A DNA stretch of 64,000 nt from Eledone cirrhosa (GCA_964016885.1 OZ024758.1:1922001-1986000), one strand, 5' to 3'; positions 43,083 to 62,937 are shown, counted from the stretch's first letter. The notes: generated by a model not told the origin, from the letters alone. Translations and numbers: made by a program.

Positions 43083-45665
43083 TCAAACCACCCCCCAAGC
43101 TTCTTCGAATGCTGAACAGACTTTTGCACAAGTCAGAGCACCAGACAAAGGATAACTGCTAATGGACAAGGACTTCTCCGTATAATCAACATCAACCTAA
43201 ACAAAAAAGAAAATAGATGGTATTAAATAAAACTGACTTGCTCATTTCTAATGCCTGATAAATTTAGTCCCAGGGTAACGTTCATTAACCCCTTAGTATT
43301 TACATTACTCTATATTTTACTGGTAAAGGCTTTACCTCACATAATATGGAATCTATAAGATTTTTATATTATTTATTTTGAGAACAATACTTTAACATCA
43401 ATATAAGGGTGATGTGTTGTTTCCTTGAGCAAGACACTTTATTTCACATTGCTCCAGTTTACTCAGCTGTAGAAATGAGATGATAGGGAGTGGGGTCCAT
43501 ATCATTCCACTGCAAAGTGGTCGTGGAGGTGCCACGGCAAAAAAGCACCCAGCACTCACTGTAAATGAGGTTGGTGTTAGGAAGGGCATCCAGCTGTAGA
43601 AATCAAGCCAGAATCAGTTCCTGTCCCACCCTTGCAAGCAGGGAAAAATGATGATGATGATAAGATGATCTAACGCTCATAGCTGAATCAATGGCTGAAC
43701 TAGAGAAGAAATTCCAAACATGGAAGCATGGCCTAGAATCAAAAGGCCTTAAAATTAACCTGTCTAAGACTAAAGTTCTAGTTTGTAGGAAGGAAAATAG
43801 GGCACCGGTCCCATCCGGGAAATGGCCATGCTCAGTGTGTAGGAAAGGAGTAGGTAGAAACTCCATTTTATGTCCCAAATGCAAAGTATGGGTGCATAAA
43901 AGATGTAGTGGGATCACAGGTAAGCTAACTAAGAACATAGATTTTATATGTGGCCTGTGCTCTGGTGCAGTGAGTAGCAGCAAGTGCCTACAGAATACTA
44001 GCTCATTCAATTGCACAGATGGTTCTATAGAAATAGTGGACACCTTCCGTTACTTGGGTGACAAAATCAGCAGTGGTGGAGGGTGCTCTGAAAGTACAGT
44101 AGCTAGAGTCAGAACTGGATGGAAAAAGTTCAGAGAGCTTATACCACTTTAGCCGCTAAAGGGTTCTCTCTAAAAATGAAAGGCAGGCTGTATGATGCCT
44201 GCATACGAACAGCAATGTTGCATGGCAGTGAGACCTGGGCATTGTGTGCAGAGGATATACACAGACTGGAGAGGAACAAAGCTTGCATGCTCCGCTGGAT
44301 GTGTAATAGTAATATGAACAAACTAAGGGAAAAATTAGAAATAAGAGGGATCAGATGTTTACTCGAGAGAAGACTACGTTGGTATGGTCATGTAATGCGC
44401 ATGAAAGACGATAGCTGTATAAAAAAGTGCAGGGCGATAAAAATAGAGTTCATTTAAGAAATTGAAAATATAGAATATAAAATATAAGAAGAAGAATTAT
44501 TATATTTTAAATATTACTTAAGTAATTGTATTGACATAAACTTACACTTCCATGAGCCATTGCTCCTATAACAAACACAATCGGTTCATTTTCTGGCACT
44601 AATGTTTTCACATCTTTGCAAAGTTCGGCACTGTATGACATAGTTAGCTTTGTACAACCCACAGGTAAATGGTTAATTATTGGATTCTTTATCACCTGCA
44701 AATAGAAATAAGAATCATAAGATGACAAAAGAAACAAAAAAACATTTAGCTAACTCTAATATTTATTTTCAAACTGAACAAAAATGACTGCCAAATTTCA
44801 ACTACTTTTATATCAGAAAATACTGCAAGAGTCTAGACCAGATGTCGGCAACCCTTGGCCCATGGGTCACATCCGACCAACAAAGGATTTTTGTCCGGCC
44901 TGCGAGTCACATCCGACCCGTGAAAGATTTTTGTCCGGCCCGCCAAAGGCTAAGAGACCCCTGAAAAATTTCTCTGAATTATTTTGGATTAGAATACCGA
45001 CCAGAGAACATGTCTGGCCACAAGACTCAGCTGAACATGTTTTGTGTGACATTAACAATCAAACTCAGACAGAATAGTGAGACATTGAGGTGAAGGGGAC
45101 TGTGTGTGTTTTACCGTTTCTGCCTGTATTTTATTTGTTGTAAGGGATATCATTAAAGTAATATCACATAAAATTCATTGTTCTTCTTTAAATCCTGGGA
45201 TTAAGGTATCCTTCTAGAGCAGTCTGCAGTCAAGCAAATTTATTATATTTTGATAATTATGGCCCACTGACGAGTGCCTGCATAGCAATGTGGCCCCAAA
45301 AGGTTGCCGACCCCTGGTCTAGACTATATTTTCATCATTAACAACAACAATAATAATATTTACCTTCAGTAACTTCTGCGGTCCATCTGATGCATGTATA
45401 CTAAGTCTGTGAAGAAGTTGAACTAAAATGGAAAAAATGGAATTCATTAGTTCAAGTTTTACAATATTGTTAAGAAATTCATTTCACAATCACATCGCTC
45501 TCAGACTGCAAACTTTCAATAGGAGTCATCTATGATAATGGTGGATTAACCAAAGCTTTATGAGTGGAATTTGGTAGATAGAAACTGTACAGAAGCTTAT
45601 TGAATACATATATACATACATCATCATCATTTAACGTCCATCTTCCACGCTAGCATGGGTTAGAC

Positions 45666-45741
<76 letters not shown>

Positions 45742-48235
45742 TTATTTCTACAACAAATCAGCAAACCATATTTGAGGACACTCGAATATGCTTACACTGT
45801 TGTTGAAGAGGGATAATTTTGGCTTCCTGCAAGAGCATCCGGGTGGAGGAGGAAAGCTCTGGGGGTTGCATGTTTATGGTCACTCAAAGGAGAGAGATAG
45901 GTTTAGTTTAGTTAAAGACAGTAAATCAGTGAATAGATGAAATTAAACACTAGATAACAAGTTTAGACACAAGTAGATATATAAAGATATAGATTACCCA
46001 TCAGTCCACTAAATCTTTCAAAGGTCCGAGGAATTCTTGTCTGGGGATTTATCTCAATGAGAACATTCTTCTCAGTATGTATGTAAACTTGGAGAAGATT
46101 AGCACGATTGAGTGGGCTATCCATTAACATGAGCAGACACTGAAAAGAATGGTAGAAATAAACCATGTAACATTAACTCTTTAGTATTTAAACCAACCGT
46201 ATCTGGCCAGAATTCTCTCACCTCTTTCTGTTCAAACTGGCCATATCATCATCATTTTACGTCCTTTTCCCTGCTTGCAAGGGTGGGACGGGAACTGATT
46301 CTGGCTTGATTTCTGCAGCTGGATGCCCTTCCTAACACCAACCTCATTTACAGTCAGTGCTGGGTACTTTTTTTCTCCGTGGCGCCTACACGTCCACTTT
46401 ACAGTGGGCTTGGTGCTTTTTTTTTTTTTTTTTTTTGCCGTTGAATGATCTGGACCCCAGTCCAATCATCTCATTTCTACAGCTGAGTAAACTGGAGCAA
46501 TGTGAAATAAAGTGTCTTGCTCAAGGAAACAACACATCACCCGGTCTGAGAATTTAACTCACAACCTTTCTGTTCAAACCGGCTGTATCTGGATAGAATC
46601 TCTCACCTCTTTCTGTTTAAACTGGCTGTATCCAGCCAGAATTCTCTCACTTCTTTCTGTTCAAACCAGCCGTATCCAGCCAGAATTCTCTCACCTCTTT
46701 CTTATGTACATATAAACACTTTAAATGAATCAATAAATTCAACTTACTTGGTGAGTGATATCTGGTCGACATGTTGACATATCTTTTTTGAATTTTTTGC
46801 TTAAATGTCGATGTTTATCACAGTTTAAAAGTTCATATTGTTTCCCAATCTAATAAAAAAGAAAAACATTAAATATAGAATAATGTAGCAAAATAACAAA
46901 TCTATATTTTATAAATAAAAATGGAAAAAGAAGGGAAAGACAAAATAGGCAGTTTTTGAGAAAATAATTTGAGGGTGATAAAATAGGTAGTTTTAGAGAA
47001 AATGCTTTGGTAGAATTTAGCCATCCAAAATATTTCTTCAATTCCATTAAAACCTCTTTGAAAAATATTGGTAACATGAAGTCACCATGGAACAACATGT
47101 CAGAAGGTGTCAGATCAGATGCTAAATTGGTAAGTCTAGAAGTCACTGACTAAATTTCGTAATCTGTAAATCCGAAACTAAATTAAAGTACCATCGTAAA
47201 TTCACTTTCATTTTGAAAGGACAAACAGCGAAAGATAAATTAACAAGATACAACAGGAGAAAGCGGGATAATTTAAAATATCCAAGAGAGAAAGATAGCA
47301 GACTGTGAGAATCTACAAAACAAGCTGTAAATATGTGATACCATATTTATGAACGATATTCTGAACTTATTTAGTCTTAACACTAGTTATAAAATTATTA
47401 TCAACGTGTACTTATTATCCTCTGGCCCCAGAGCCCTTGTCTTTCCCTTCCGTTTTTAAATATTTGTAGGGTTTTTCTAATTCATTCATTTGTTATTTTT
47501 TCTTTTCTCTATTTCTCTTCTTTACTGCCGTTTATATTGTAGTTTATGTTCCAATCAAATAAACCAATATATGTGGCACCAATTAGAATTTAGCAACAAT
47601 GATAAACACGTTATATTCCACATTTCAGAAGAAATCGACTGCGTTATATTACATCCATAAATATATATTTAAAAAAAAGACAGTATTATTATTATGGTTT
47701 ATTTTTAATGATCATAACATTTATATGATAGAATGCATAAAAAATACGTTAAGTCATAAAGGTTTAAATTTTAATTACACCTTTCTATTTCATTAACTAA
47801 TTATATTAAACTAATTACGCACATGTTTAGTTTTTCAAATGAAAATTTTACGCAAATGTGAGAAGAAACCGTATTAAATTAAGCAAATAATTAAACCAAG
47901 CTAAAATAATTACTCAGAATATATTATTATATTAGTAGTTTCAGATTATTAATAGATTTTCATTGGAATTTAGACAACATAGAAAACAGCATCGGAAATG
48001 TTAACATGAGAATGTAAATGAAAAGGAATCACTCGGAGATGGATAGCTTTTATATATATGTATATATATATATATATGTATGTATATAAATAAATATTAC
48101 CTTTACTATTTCCATAGATGAACTTTCTAATACAACAATAAGCCGTTTTTTATTTACATTTCGCTTTGAATGAGCCAGTTTAATAATAGTTTTACTGACA
48201 CCATCATTATCCTCGTGGTCGCTGCTATCCGACAT
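43083..48235 (-). CDS. EMG1: rRNA small subunit pseudouridine methyltransferase NEP1/EMG1, 233 aa; exons 48235-48101, 46849-46748, 46139-45998, 45422-45364, 44695-44546, 43196-43083
   Basis: Six GT-AG exons total 702 nt from ATG to TGA. Motifs: [104 protein letters not shown]. Confidence 0.97.
43663..44450 (+). mobile_element. Internal fragment of the same RTE family in EMG1 intron 5
   Basis: Near-identical translation to 40870-41670 ([21 protein letters not shown]...). Confidence 0.93.
44839..45316. mobile_element. hAT (Charlie-like) MITE in EMG1 intron 4
   Basis: TIRs CAGATGTCGGCAACC / GGTTGCCGACCCCTG with a perfect 8-bp TSD GTCTAGAC on both sides. Confidence 0.9.
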
Positions 48236-48451
48236 TTTGGAAATTTTAAAAGCAAGGGGCAATAACTCTTGAGTAATACCAACACAACAACCGCTCGGTC
48301 TGCTAAAAATAACAGCTAATGTTATCAAATTTACTCTAAAAAATTGATTATATCTATTGATTTTAAAAGATGGATTTTATTATAGATAGCCAAATTTTGT
48401 TAATTATAATGATTAAAATTGGTTAGTTACTTAGTGTGTGTGTGTGTGTAT

Positions 48452-48629
48452 CAGACCTGCCAACCTCTGAAAACCCAAACAAGGAGAACCATGAAACAAA
48501 GTGCCCCAAAATGGGGAGAAATGGGGTAACATGGAGAGATTTTACATAATGAAAGCTATACAAATTTTTACAAAAACGGGGAGAAAACGGAGAGATCTCC
48601 CCGTCCGACGGGGAGGGTTGACAGGTCTG
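48452..48629. mobile_element. hAT-type MITE; second copy at 63729-63923
   Basis: TIR CAGACCTGCCAACC / GGTTGACAGGTCTG; 8-bp TSD gtgtgtat/gtatgtat. Confidence 0.8.
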
Positions 48630-48649
48630 GTATGTATGTGTGCAACTAC

Positions 48650-49250
48650 CAATGCCTGGACAATGTGGGAGATGGCTTTCTGGCTTGCAGAATCCCAGGC
48701 GTAATAGAATCTCGGGAGGATAGCGAGGGAGACACATTTAAATCGGCATTCTAGCAGTTGGGGTTCATCGGGAAACGAAACCTGGGTCTATTGCCAAATA
48801 CACCAGAATGCCGCTAATGAAAATGTTGCTGCATATCTCGTACCAAATAAGGGGCTTATCACCACAGAACGGGAAGATTCTGATGTCGTTTAGCCAGTTG
48901 CCGTCCTCTTGGTTTAACCTGACCGGCTCAAGCTGCGAAGGGAAGCCAGCAGACTCCAAGCCATGCTTAATGATCTCGTTGAGAGCAACATATTATATGA
49001 GGCAATGTGACACGACTGGGTGAAGGCTAAAACGTGGATCCACGGCGGTATTCATGCTGCTCGCCGATCCAGAGGTTGGGTATCAGGGAAACACCGATAC
49101 AGTCACTGTCCAGCTAAGTGCCTATAGATAAGGAGAGTGAAGCACCGCTATAGAAGCTGAGCTAAAACATGCCAGACGGTGCTGGTCAAGCAAGTACACA
49201 AGGCTGTCCGAAACTTTGTCGCACTGGATTGCGCTGATATGGTGCGGAGA
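48650..49250 (-). mobile_element. Relic of a CRE-like (restriction-like endonuclease) non-LTR retrotransposon
   Basis: ESAGFPSQLEPVRLNQEDG..IFPF.GDKPLIW resembles the CRE-clade AGxPSxLEPxGL..DGKRPDG..PW..GKxLxWD segment; locally GC-rich. Confidence 0.6.
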
Positions 49251-49985
49251 AATTATAATAGATTACAACTTGGGAGTTAGACGATAACAATCACAAAGAC
49301 CGTATAATGTGGTAAATTCTTTTGGTTGAATGGCAATCACAGTGCTATAGACAATTAATTAAACTATCATTTATACAAACATTGACAACCAGCGATATAG
49401 TCTTTACGTGGTCGCTAAACTGCTGGAAATAGCTGAAAACTAGAAAAAAAAAAAAAAGGCCCGGTGTAATTGCTCCCTTTGTCCCCCATTAAATCAAGCC
49501 CTGATCTTATTTCTATTTTTGATGCATAAATTTATAGAACTACTTCGTTTTTTGTTGATAAAGATTTCAATTGTCTTTTTTTCCACAGTTAAACTTATTT
49601 GAAACGTGAGGCTACAACATACACAGTAACAAGATCAATATTACAGAATACAGAACAAGCACAACACCGGTTATACGGTTAAGTACATATTTATACCCGG
49701 ATGTAATTGTGAGAGGGAACTTGAATTTCTTGTGACCCACACACATCTTAATTCAAGTTAGGAGGTGTTACCTCATTGCATTAGATATATTTTTAAACAT
49801 TTATACCTTTATATAATTTAGTTTAAGGGTAGGGAAAGTGTTACTAGTTAAATATATAATCCAACAAACTAAATAGTCCGGAAGTAATGGTGTTATTACT
49901 ATAGCTAGGACGGACTAGAGATTAACTTCCTGTTAGTCGCTCTTTAATATTTAAGGTTTGTTTAGATATATTACATAGCGTCGCA

Positions 49986-54645
<4,660 letters not shown>

Positions 54646-54819
54646 AACCATTTTCAGGATATGAAAAAAACAGAAATCATATTTAAGGTCTTTAATAAAG
54701 TTTAACTCATCTATTTGACATTTCACTAAAACTCATATTGAATAATTGTTTGTTTGTTGTTTTTTTTACACATATTTAATTTATTTAAATTATATAGATT
54801 AATAATAATAAATTTATTA

Positions 54820-55090
54820 TTAAATCGTATGAAACCATTTTACTGGTCTGAGAGCTGATGACAGTGTAGATGTGTGTGTAAACTTGTCTTGTACATCACC
54901 TTTCTTTATTTCTTCCTTCCAGTCACTTCTGTGTCTCAACACACCCTTGTCCTCCTCTTTCAATCTTTTCTATATTTCATCTGCCTGTCACCCACTTTGT
55001 GGATTGTCTCTCTGTCCTCTGAGACATTTTTGCCCATTGATGTCTTTGACAACATTTAGCTGTTTTAATGGCTGTTCTAGAGATGAGTTT
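54820..55090 (+). repeat. Unclassified ~270-bp interspersed repeat; reverse copies at 5940-6235 and 51440-51695
   Basis: Three alignable copies. Confidence 0.75.
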
Positions 55091-57479
55091 TCTCATTTTT
55101 ATATGTCATCATCATCATCATCACCGTTTTACGTCCGTTCTTCCACGCTAGCATGGGTTAGACGGTGTATTCAAATAAACTCCTGCTTCGTCTCAGAGAC
55201 AACATTGTTTTAAATTAATTATGTTAATAAAATGTAATAAATTGTTTTACTCTGAAGGAATATCATAAATTACACAAATATTCTTCAAACAGTTGGAGGG
55301 TCTCTGGAGGAGGTCTTATTTGCAAACAGCCAAATATTGTACAGCAAATCAAATATTGATTATCAAACAGATATTGCAGCAGGGCTGATATAGGGGAGAA
55401 TTTGCTACTTTTCTTGTAGACCTAGCAAAAGCTGTAAAAATATTCACAGATGCAAATCATTTATCATCGAAGGGGAATAAGTCACCGTTATAGGGTTATT
55501 TCCCTTATCAATGTTAATAAAATAATTATCTTACCGACAACACAAACTACATGTTGCTCACTCTATCACGTATTCCAGCCGAGAGGCTTAGGCCATGCTG
55601 GACCACCACCATATTGCATAATAGAAAGATTTATTGGGTTTTATGATATTGTGTGATTAAATAATGGTTTCTGATTTAGGTACAAGGCCAGCAATTTGAG
55701 GGAGGAGGAAGTTGATTAAATCGATCCCATTGCGTTACCGGTACTTTATTTATCGACCCCATAAAGATTGATAAAAAAATTAATTGTTTGTACTTTTGTC
55801 ACAAGGCCAGCAATTACCCCAGTGCATTACTGGTACTTTATTTTATCGACCCCGTAAGGATGAAAGGCAAATTTAACCTCGGTGGGATTTGAACTCAACG
55901 TAAAGGGCTGTAACTCTATACTGTGAAGCATGGTGTCCGACGCTCTACCGATCCTGCTAATCTACCGTCCCCCTGATTAAATAATAATATATAAATAATT
56001 CACACGATACGAAATGTCTATTTTTTCTTCCTTTTTTCCTCTGCTGCGAGAGCAAATATATGAAAACTGTTGATACAATGATTATATGATATATTAAGTT
56101 ATGCGCTAAGCAGCCGAATTACATCACAACATATATCTATATATATACAGGATAGAAGTAACTGTGACTGCATAAATGTGTATATAAATTTACAACTGAA
56201 AAAACGGAGTTAAAGACTCATGTTAATCCCCTGTAATGAACTCAGACTATATGTATTTCACTCTAGTGGTTCTCTAGCCCTCGTAATTCAAAACATACTC
56301 TTTTGTGAGTTCTCTATATACTATATTATATAAATTTACATATTGTTAGTATATGTGTGTGACAGCTCACACCTATGCAGGTTTAGCTGGCCTCCTCCAA
56401 GGTATATCTCGTTGGAGGTGTCTTGGGTGATTTAATGATAGGGACCCCAGTCCTATCATCTCATTTCTACAGCTGAGTAAACTGGAGCAACGTGAAATAA
56501 AGTGTCTTGCTCAAGGAAACAACACATCACCCGGTCCGAGAATTGAACTCACAACCTTTCGATTGCAAGCCCAATGCTCTAACCACTAAGCCATGTGCCT
56601 TCACCTTTTCAGTATATAGACATGTGGAACATGTTAAATATACATATTTCCCTATAAACTGAAAGAATGATAAGCAACTTTAACCGGTTTCAATGCTTAA
56701 TTGAACTTTCATCAGAAATCATGTATATCTTCTAAACAGCTGTAATCGAGGGGTTTCTATGCCCTATCACTCATAGTTGTATGCTGAAATAGAAGAACTA
56801 ATTAGAGTATTATTAGCGCTCGTGTTGATAGTTAATTACAATATATATTAAATTGTGTTCTAAGCAGCCGAAGTACGTGATGTTCAAGTAGGAGAAAGTA
56901 TTTTTCTTTGGACCAAACTTCTAACATAATATCGGTCATAGTTACACATTATACAGTAGATAAAACGAAACGTGTTGAACTAGTAGAGGGAACATTTAAA
57001 CAGAGGTATGAAGCATGTTTCATCTTTCTGTAATTCGGACGAGAACTTTTGCGGTTTTGGCATACAAAATATGGACGTTGGGAAACAGAAACATACCCAC
57101 AATATCAAACATTCAGTAATGAATCTAAGAACTGCTGGCTTCATACAACTAAAAAATAATTTGATTCTTTACGGAATGGAATTTTCCAATGAATATTTGA
57201 ATTCAGAGGGTTAGATTTTTACATGTTGTCCTCACTTTAGAAAGTATTTGCTTTCTTCTTGGAATCCCCCTCCCACTGAACACCAGCCAATCCACACATT
57301 CACACAGACATACTTGCTTCTCAGGATTGCATGGCCCACTGTGATTGACATTTCTAGCATTAATACTTCACCAACTTAGATTTATTCGTCACTAACTGTG
57401 GTAGTTTCCAGCGACATCACCAAAACTACCATTTTCTTTATATCTCCCCCTCTCTCTCTCTATATATATATATATAGTA

Positions 57480-57840
57480 ATAATAATAAATTTGAAGATT
57501 AAAATCCAAAGAGGGCTCGATAAGGATAAATATATATCAAATATATAAAAACCGTAGAGCAAATATTTATTAAAATAACAGATTAAAGTTTAAGCAAAGA
57601 ATCGCTGCTTTCACCCTTAACGGGATCTTCTGAAGCTAACAAAGTCAATCTGTGAACGCAGAAGTGGATATTTCAAAAAACGTTGCAACGGGAGGAAGAC
57701 GGAAGACGATACTTTGGTTCGTGGAAACTTTCGCTGGCAAAGAACGGGAAAAAACGAAGATAATACGTCATTAATGGGAGCGGTGAAAGACAATTACACG
57801 CAAAGACAGAACCACAAACTTTAATCTGTTATTTTAATAA
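57480..57840 (-). mobile_element. Putative Penelope-type terminal repeat in (TA)n; second copy at 54095-54280
   Basis: About 140 bp is shared with 54152-54280. Both copies carry an inverted duplicate of the same terminal segment and sit within TA microsatellites. Confidence 0.5.
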
Positions 57841-57942
<102 letters not shown>

Positions 57943-58290
57943 TTATACTTTGGAAGGGTCATGCTGCCAATAAAAACATTGTTGATGGTCAACGATCTGT
58001 CCGGTTAGTTTGTCTAGCAACATATGACAAAATTATACATCTCATATGTATTTCGTCTGAAGAGGACATGTCTTGGTTTGTGTTATACATAAAACTTTAC
58101 ATCTTTGAAATAGATATAATTGTTTCTACTTTAGGCACAAGGCCAGCAATTGTCCAGTGCATTACTGGTACTTTATTTTATCGACCCCGTAAGGATGAAA
58201 GGCAAAGTCAACCTCGGTGGGATTTGAACTCAGATCGTAAAAGATATAATGAAATAAATAGAGATGATATAAAGTATATATCTTTCGTTT

Positions 58291-58374
<84 letters not shown>

Positions 58375-58614
58375 CAGATGAAAGATTATAAGTATATACT
58401 TTTCATTTATTACTATTATATATATATATATTAATAAATGAAAAATATCTTTATAATACCATATTTATTTTATTATTCGTATTTCAAGGACACTAAATTT
58501 TAGTATGCTTTCATCAGATAAAATATAATATTTGGTGTTAGGATATTGACATACCTTAGCGTAAACTTAATAGTATAAGCCAGCTATAATAATCAACAAA
58601 CCATATAACTCATT

Positions 58615-58694
<80 letters not shown>

Positions 58695-59014
58695 GGAAAG
58701 TGTATGGTAAGCGAAGAAAAACTTATTACCTGAAAGAAAGACTATACAGAAACGGTAGGCGTATGTGATAATTGCAAAATATGTCAAACTTTATCACCTG
58801 TATATTTTTACCTGTGTTGTATGTGTATAAGTAAAGAAAGTAACTATTTCAGTTTCTAGAAACTAATGGAATTAGCATACAACTCTTCCCACAATACAAT
58901 TTTCGGAATAAATCTTTAAAAAATCGTGAGAATGATGAAGCAACAATTTCAAATTTAAATTAATTTTAGACTTAAAAAACAAAATAATTTCATAATATTG
59001 TCTTTAATTCTTTT

Positions 59015-59105
<91 letters not shown>

Positions 59106-59276
59106 TCTCTTTCTGCTTGTCTCTTTTTTGTCTCTTTCTCCTTACTTCTTTCTCTTTCCCTCCTTCTCTCCTCGCCCTCCCACTTTTTGAATTTTCATTA
59201 TAAAAGAATTCAATTAAATATAAGATACAACACGAATAGTTTTTTACTTTAATTACATCTGTTCCCGATCATGTAC

Positions 59277-59391
<115 letters not shown>

Positions 59392-59561
59392 TTATTATTA
59401 AGGCTATATAAAAAGTGTTGTTACTCAGGAGTCTCACCTGCCTCTCGCTGTCTTGCTTTCTTTAATCGTTAATCTGGGTTTGGTGTGTGAGAGAGAGAGA
59501 GTGTGTGAGAGAGAGAGAGAGAGAGAGAGTGTGAGAGAGAGAGGGTGTGTGTGAGAGAGGG

Positions 59562-59595
<34 letters not shown>

Positions 59596-59664
59596 GTGTG
59601 TGTCTGTGTGTGAGTAATGTAGAGTAAGAGAGGGTGAAGGAATGAGGATGGAAGCTAAATATGG

Positions 59665-60262
<598 letters not shown>

Positions 60263-60398
60263 TCACTAATATCAGTAATCGTTGATTTTTCACATATGAC
60301 ACAGAAAATATCTTACAACGGATTATCACCGCTAATCCTTAAATTATTACTAATAATAGGCTTCCCCTCCCACCCTCTCTTTCTCTCTCTCTCTCTCT

Positions 60399-60478
<80 letters not shown>

Positions 60479-60797
60479 ATAATAGCTTATAATTTAGGCA
60501 CAAGGTTTGCAAATTTAGAACGGAAGAGGGCTAGTCGATTAGATCGATCCCAGTACATTACTGGTACTTTATTTTATTAACCTTGGAAGGATGAAAGGCA
60601 AAGTTAACCTCTGCGGGACTTCAGCTCAAACGCCAAATCCTACATTTTGGTCCTATGTTTGACACAAGGCCAGCAATTTTAAGGGAAGGTCGAGTAAATC
60701 GATTCCAGCGCATTACTGGTACTTTATTTTATCGACCCCCGTAACGATGAAAAGCAAAGTTAACCTCGGCGGGATTAGGGCCGTAACTATGCTAGAA

Positions 60798-62053
60798 AGC
60801 ATGGCGTCCGACCCTCTACCCTTACTGCCAATCCACCACCCTAGCATGGTGTCAGACCCTCTACCCTTACTGCCAATCCACCACCCTAGCATGGCGTCCG
60901 ACCCTCTACCCTTACTGCCAATCCACCACCCTAGCATGGTGTCAGACCCTCTACCCTTACTGCCAATCCACCACCCTAGCATGGCGTCCGACCCTCTACC
61001 AATACTGCCAATCCACCACCCTAGCATGGTGTCAGACCCTCTACCCTTACTGCCAATCCACCACCCTAGCATGGCGTCCGACCCTCTACCCTTACTGCCA
61101 ATCCACCACCCTAGCATGGTGTCAGACCCTCTACCCTTACTGCCAATCCACCACCCTAGCATGGCGTCCGACCCTCTACCCTTACTGCCAATCCACCACC
61201 CTAGCATGGTGTCAGACCCTCTACCCTTACTGCCAATCCACCACCCTAGCATGGCGTCCGACCCTCTACCCTTACTGCCAATCCACCACCCTAGCATGGT
61301 GTCAGACCCTCTACCCTTACTGCCAATCCACCACCCTAGCATGGCGTCCGACCCTCTACCCTTACTGCCAATCCACCACCCTAGCATGGTGTCAGACCCT
61401 CTACCCTTACTGCCAATCCACCACCCTAGCATGGCGTCCGACCCTCTACCCTTACTGCCAATCCACCACCCTAGCATGGTGTCAGACCCTCTACCCTTAC
61501 TGCCAATCCACCACCCTAGCATGGCGTCCGACCCTCTACCAATACTGCCAATCCACCACCCTAGCATGGTGTCAGACCCTCTACCCTTACTGCCAATCCA
61601 CCACCCTAGCATGGCGTCCGACCCTCTACCCTTACTGCCAATCCACCACCCTAGCATGGCGTCCGACCCTCTACCCTTACTGCCAATCCACCACCCTAGC
61701 ATGGCGTCCGACCCTCTACCCTTACTGCCAATCCACCACCCTAGCATGGTGTCAGACCCTCTACCCTTACTGCCAATCCACCACCCTAGCATGGCGTCCG
61801 ACCCTCTACCAATACTGCCAATCCACCACCCTAGCATGGTGTCAGACCCTCTACCCTTACTGCCAATCCACCACCCTAGCATGGTGTCAGACCCTCTACC
61901 CTTACTGCCAATCCACCACCCTAGCATGGCGTCCGACCCTCTACCAATACTGCCAATCCACCACCCTAGCATGGTGTCAGACCCTCTACCCTTACTGCCA
62001 ATCCACCACCCTAGCATGGTGTCAGACCCTCTACCCTTACTGCCAATCCACCC
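60798..62053. repeat. 45-bp tandem satellite, ~28 units, derived from a SINE 5' head
   Basis: Unit AGCATGGYGTCMGACCCTCTACCCTTACTGCCAATCCACCACCCT is contiguous with the SINE at 60660-60840. Confidence 0.95.
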
Positions 62054-62209
62054 AGCACAATAATGATATTTGCTAGGCTTGAAAGAAATTCGAATGAAAA
62101 GTCTCTCAAGTTATTTCCAATGTTTGGAGCTGCAGATTGCCTTAAACTGAAAACTCACCAATCAGCTCTCTCTTATCTTGTGGAGGTTTTATATAGGCTG
62201 CATAGGTGG

Positions 62210-62278
<69 letters not shown>

Positions 62279-62937
62279 TATACATATGTATATATGTATA
62301 TATGTATATGAGTTTATATATATATGTGTGTGTGTGTATGTGTGTGTATATGCATACATATTATATTAAGGGAATAAATCACCTATAATCCCTCTTAGGT
62401 CATTAATATCTAAAGTAATTAATACGAATACAAACAACCTACTTTCATACATACATATACACATACATACATATATACATATATACATACATACATACAT
62501 ACATACATACATACATACATACATGCATACATACATACATACATACATACATACATACATACGTACATACATATATACATATATACATATATACATATAC
62601 ACATAAATACATACATATATAAATACATACATACATACATACATACATATACACATAAATATATACATACATAAATACTTACATACATACATATACACAT
62701 AAATTCATACATACATAAATATATACATACATACATACACACATATATATATACACATATATATATATATACACCTATATAGGGTATTAATAGATTGACA
62801 ACATTACAATAGAATGTTAGCAGGTGGTGGACTTCTTCCTACCTGGGTAGCTAGTCTTTCTTCTTGTCAGTTATCATTGTCTGTTAAGAGAGTGTTTACA
62901 TTATCAACTTGACTGTCGTCTGCATAATGGAAGGGCC

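Larger units (their letters stand above)
48236..49985. promoter_or_regulatory. Divergent EMG1/DPCD intergenic promoter region
   Basis: The two ATGs are 1.75 kb apart and head-to-head. ETS-type motifs CCGGAAGT (49878) and ACTTCCTG (49925) lie just upstream of the DPCD ATG. Confidence 0.5.

Noticed and set aside
54825-54870. Permuted hammerhead (GAAAC..GTC..CTGATGA) in the unclassified repeat
   Set aside because: Stem I is only 6 nt, stem II does not close, and GTC is not kept in the 51660 copy.
60713-62063. 434-aa and 438-aa repetitive ORFs, or a CRISPR-like array
   Set aside because: The 45-bp unit is a multiple of 3 and SINE-derived. There are no unique spacers or cas genes, and the context is eukaryotic.
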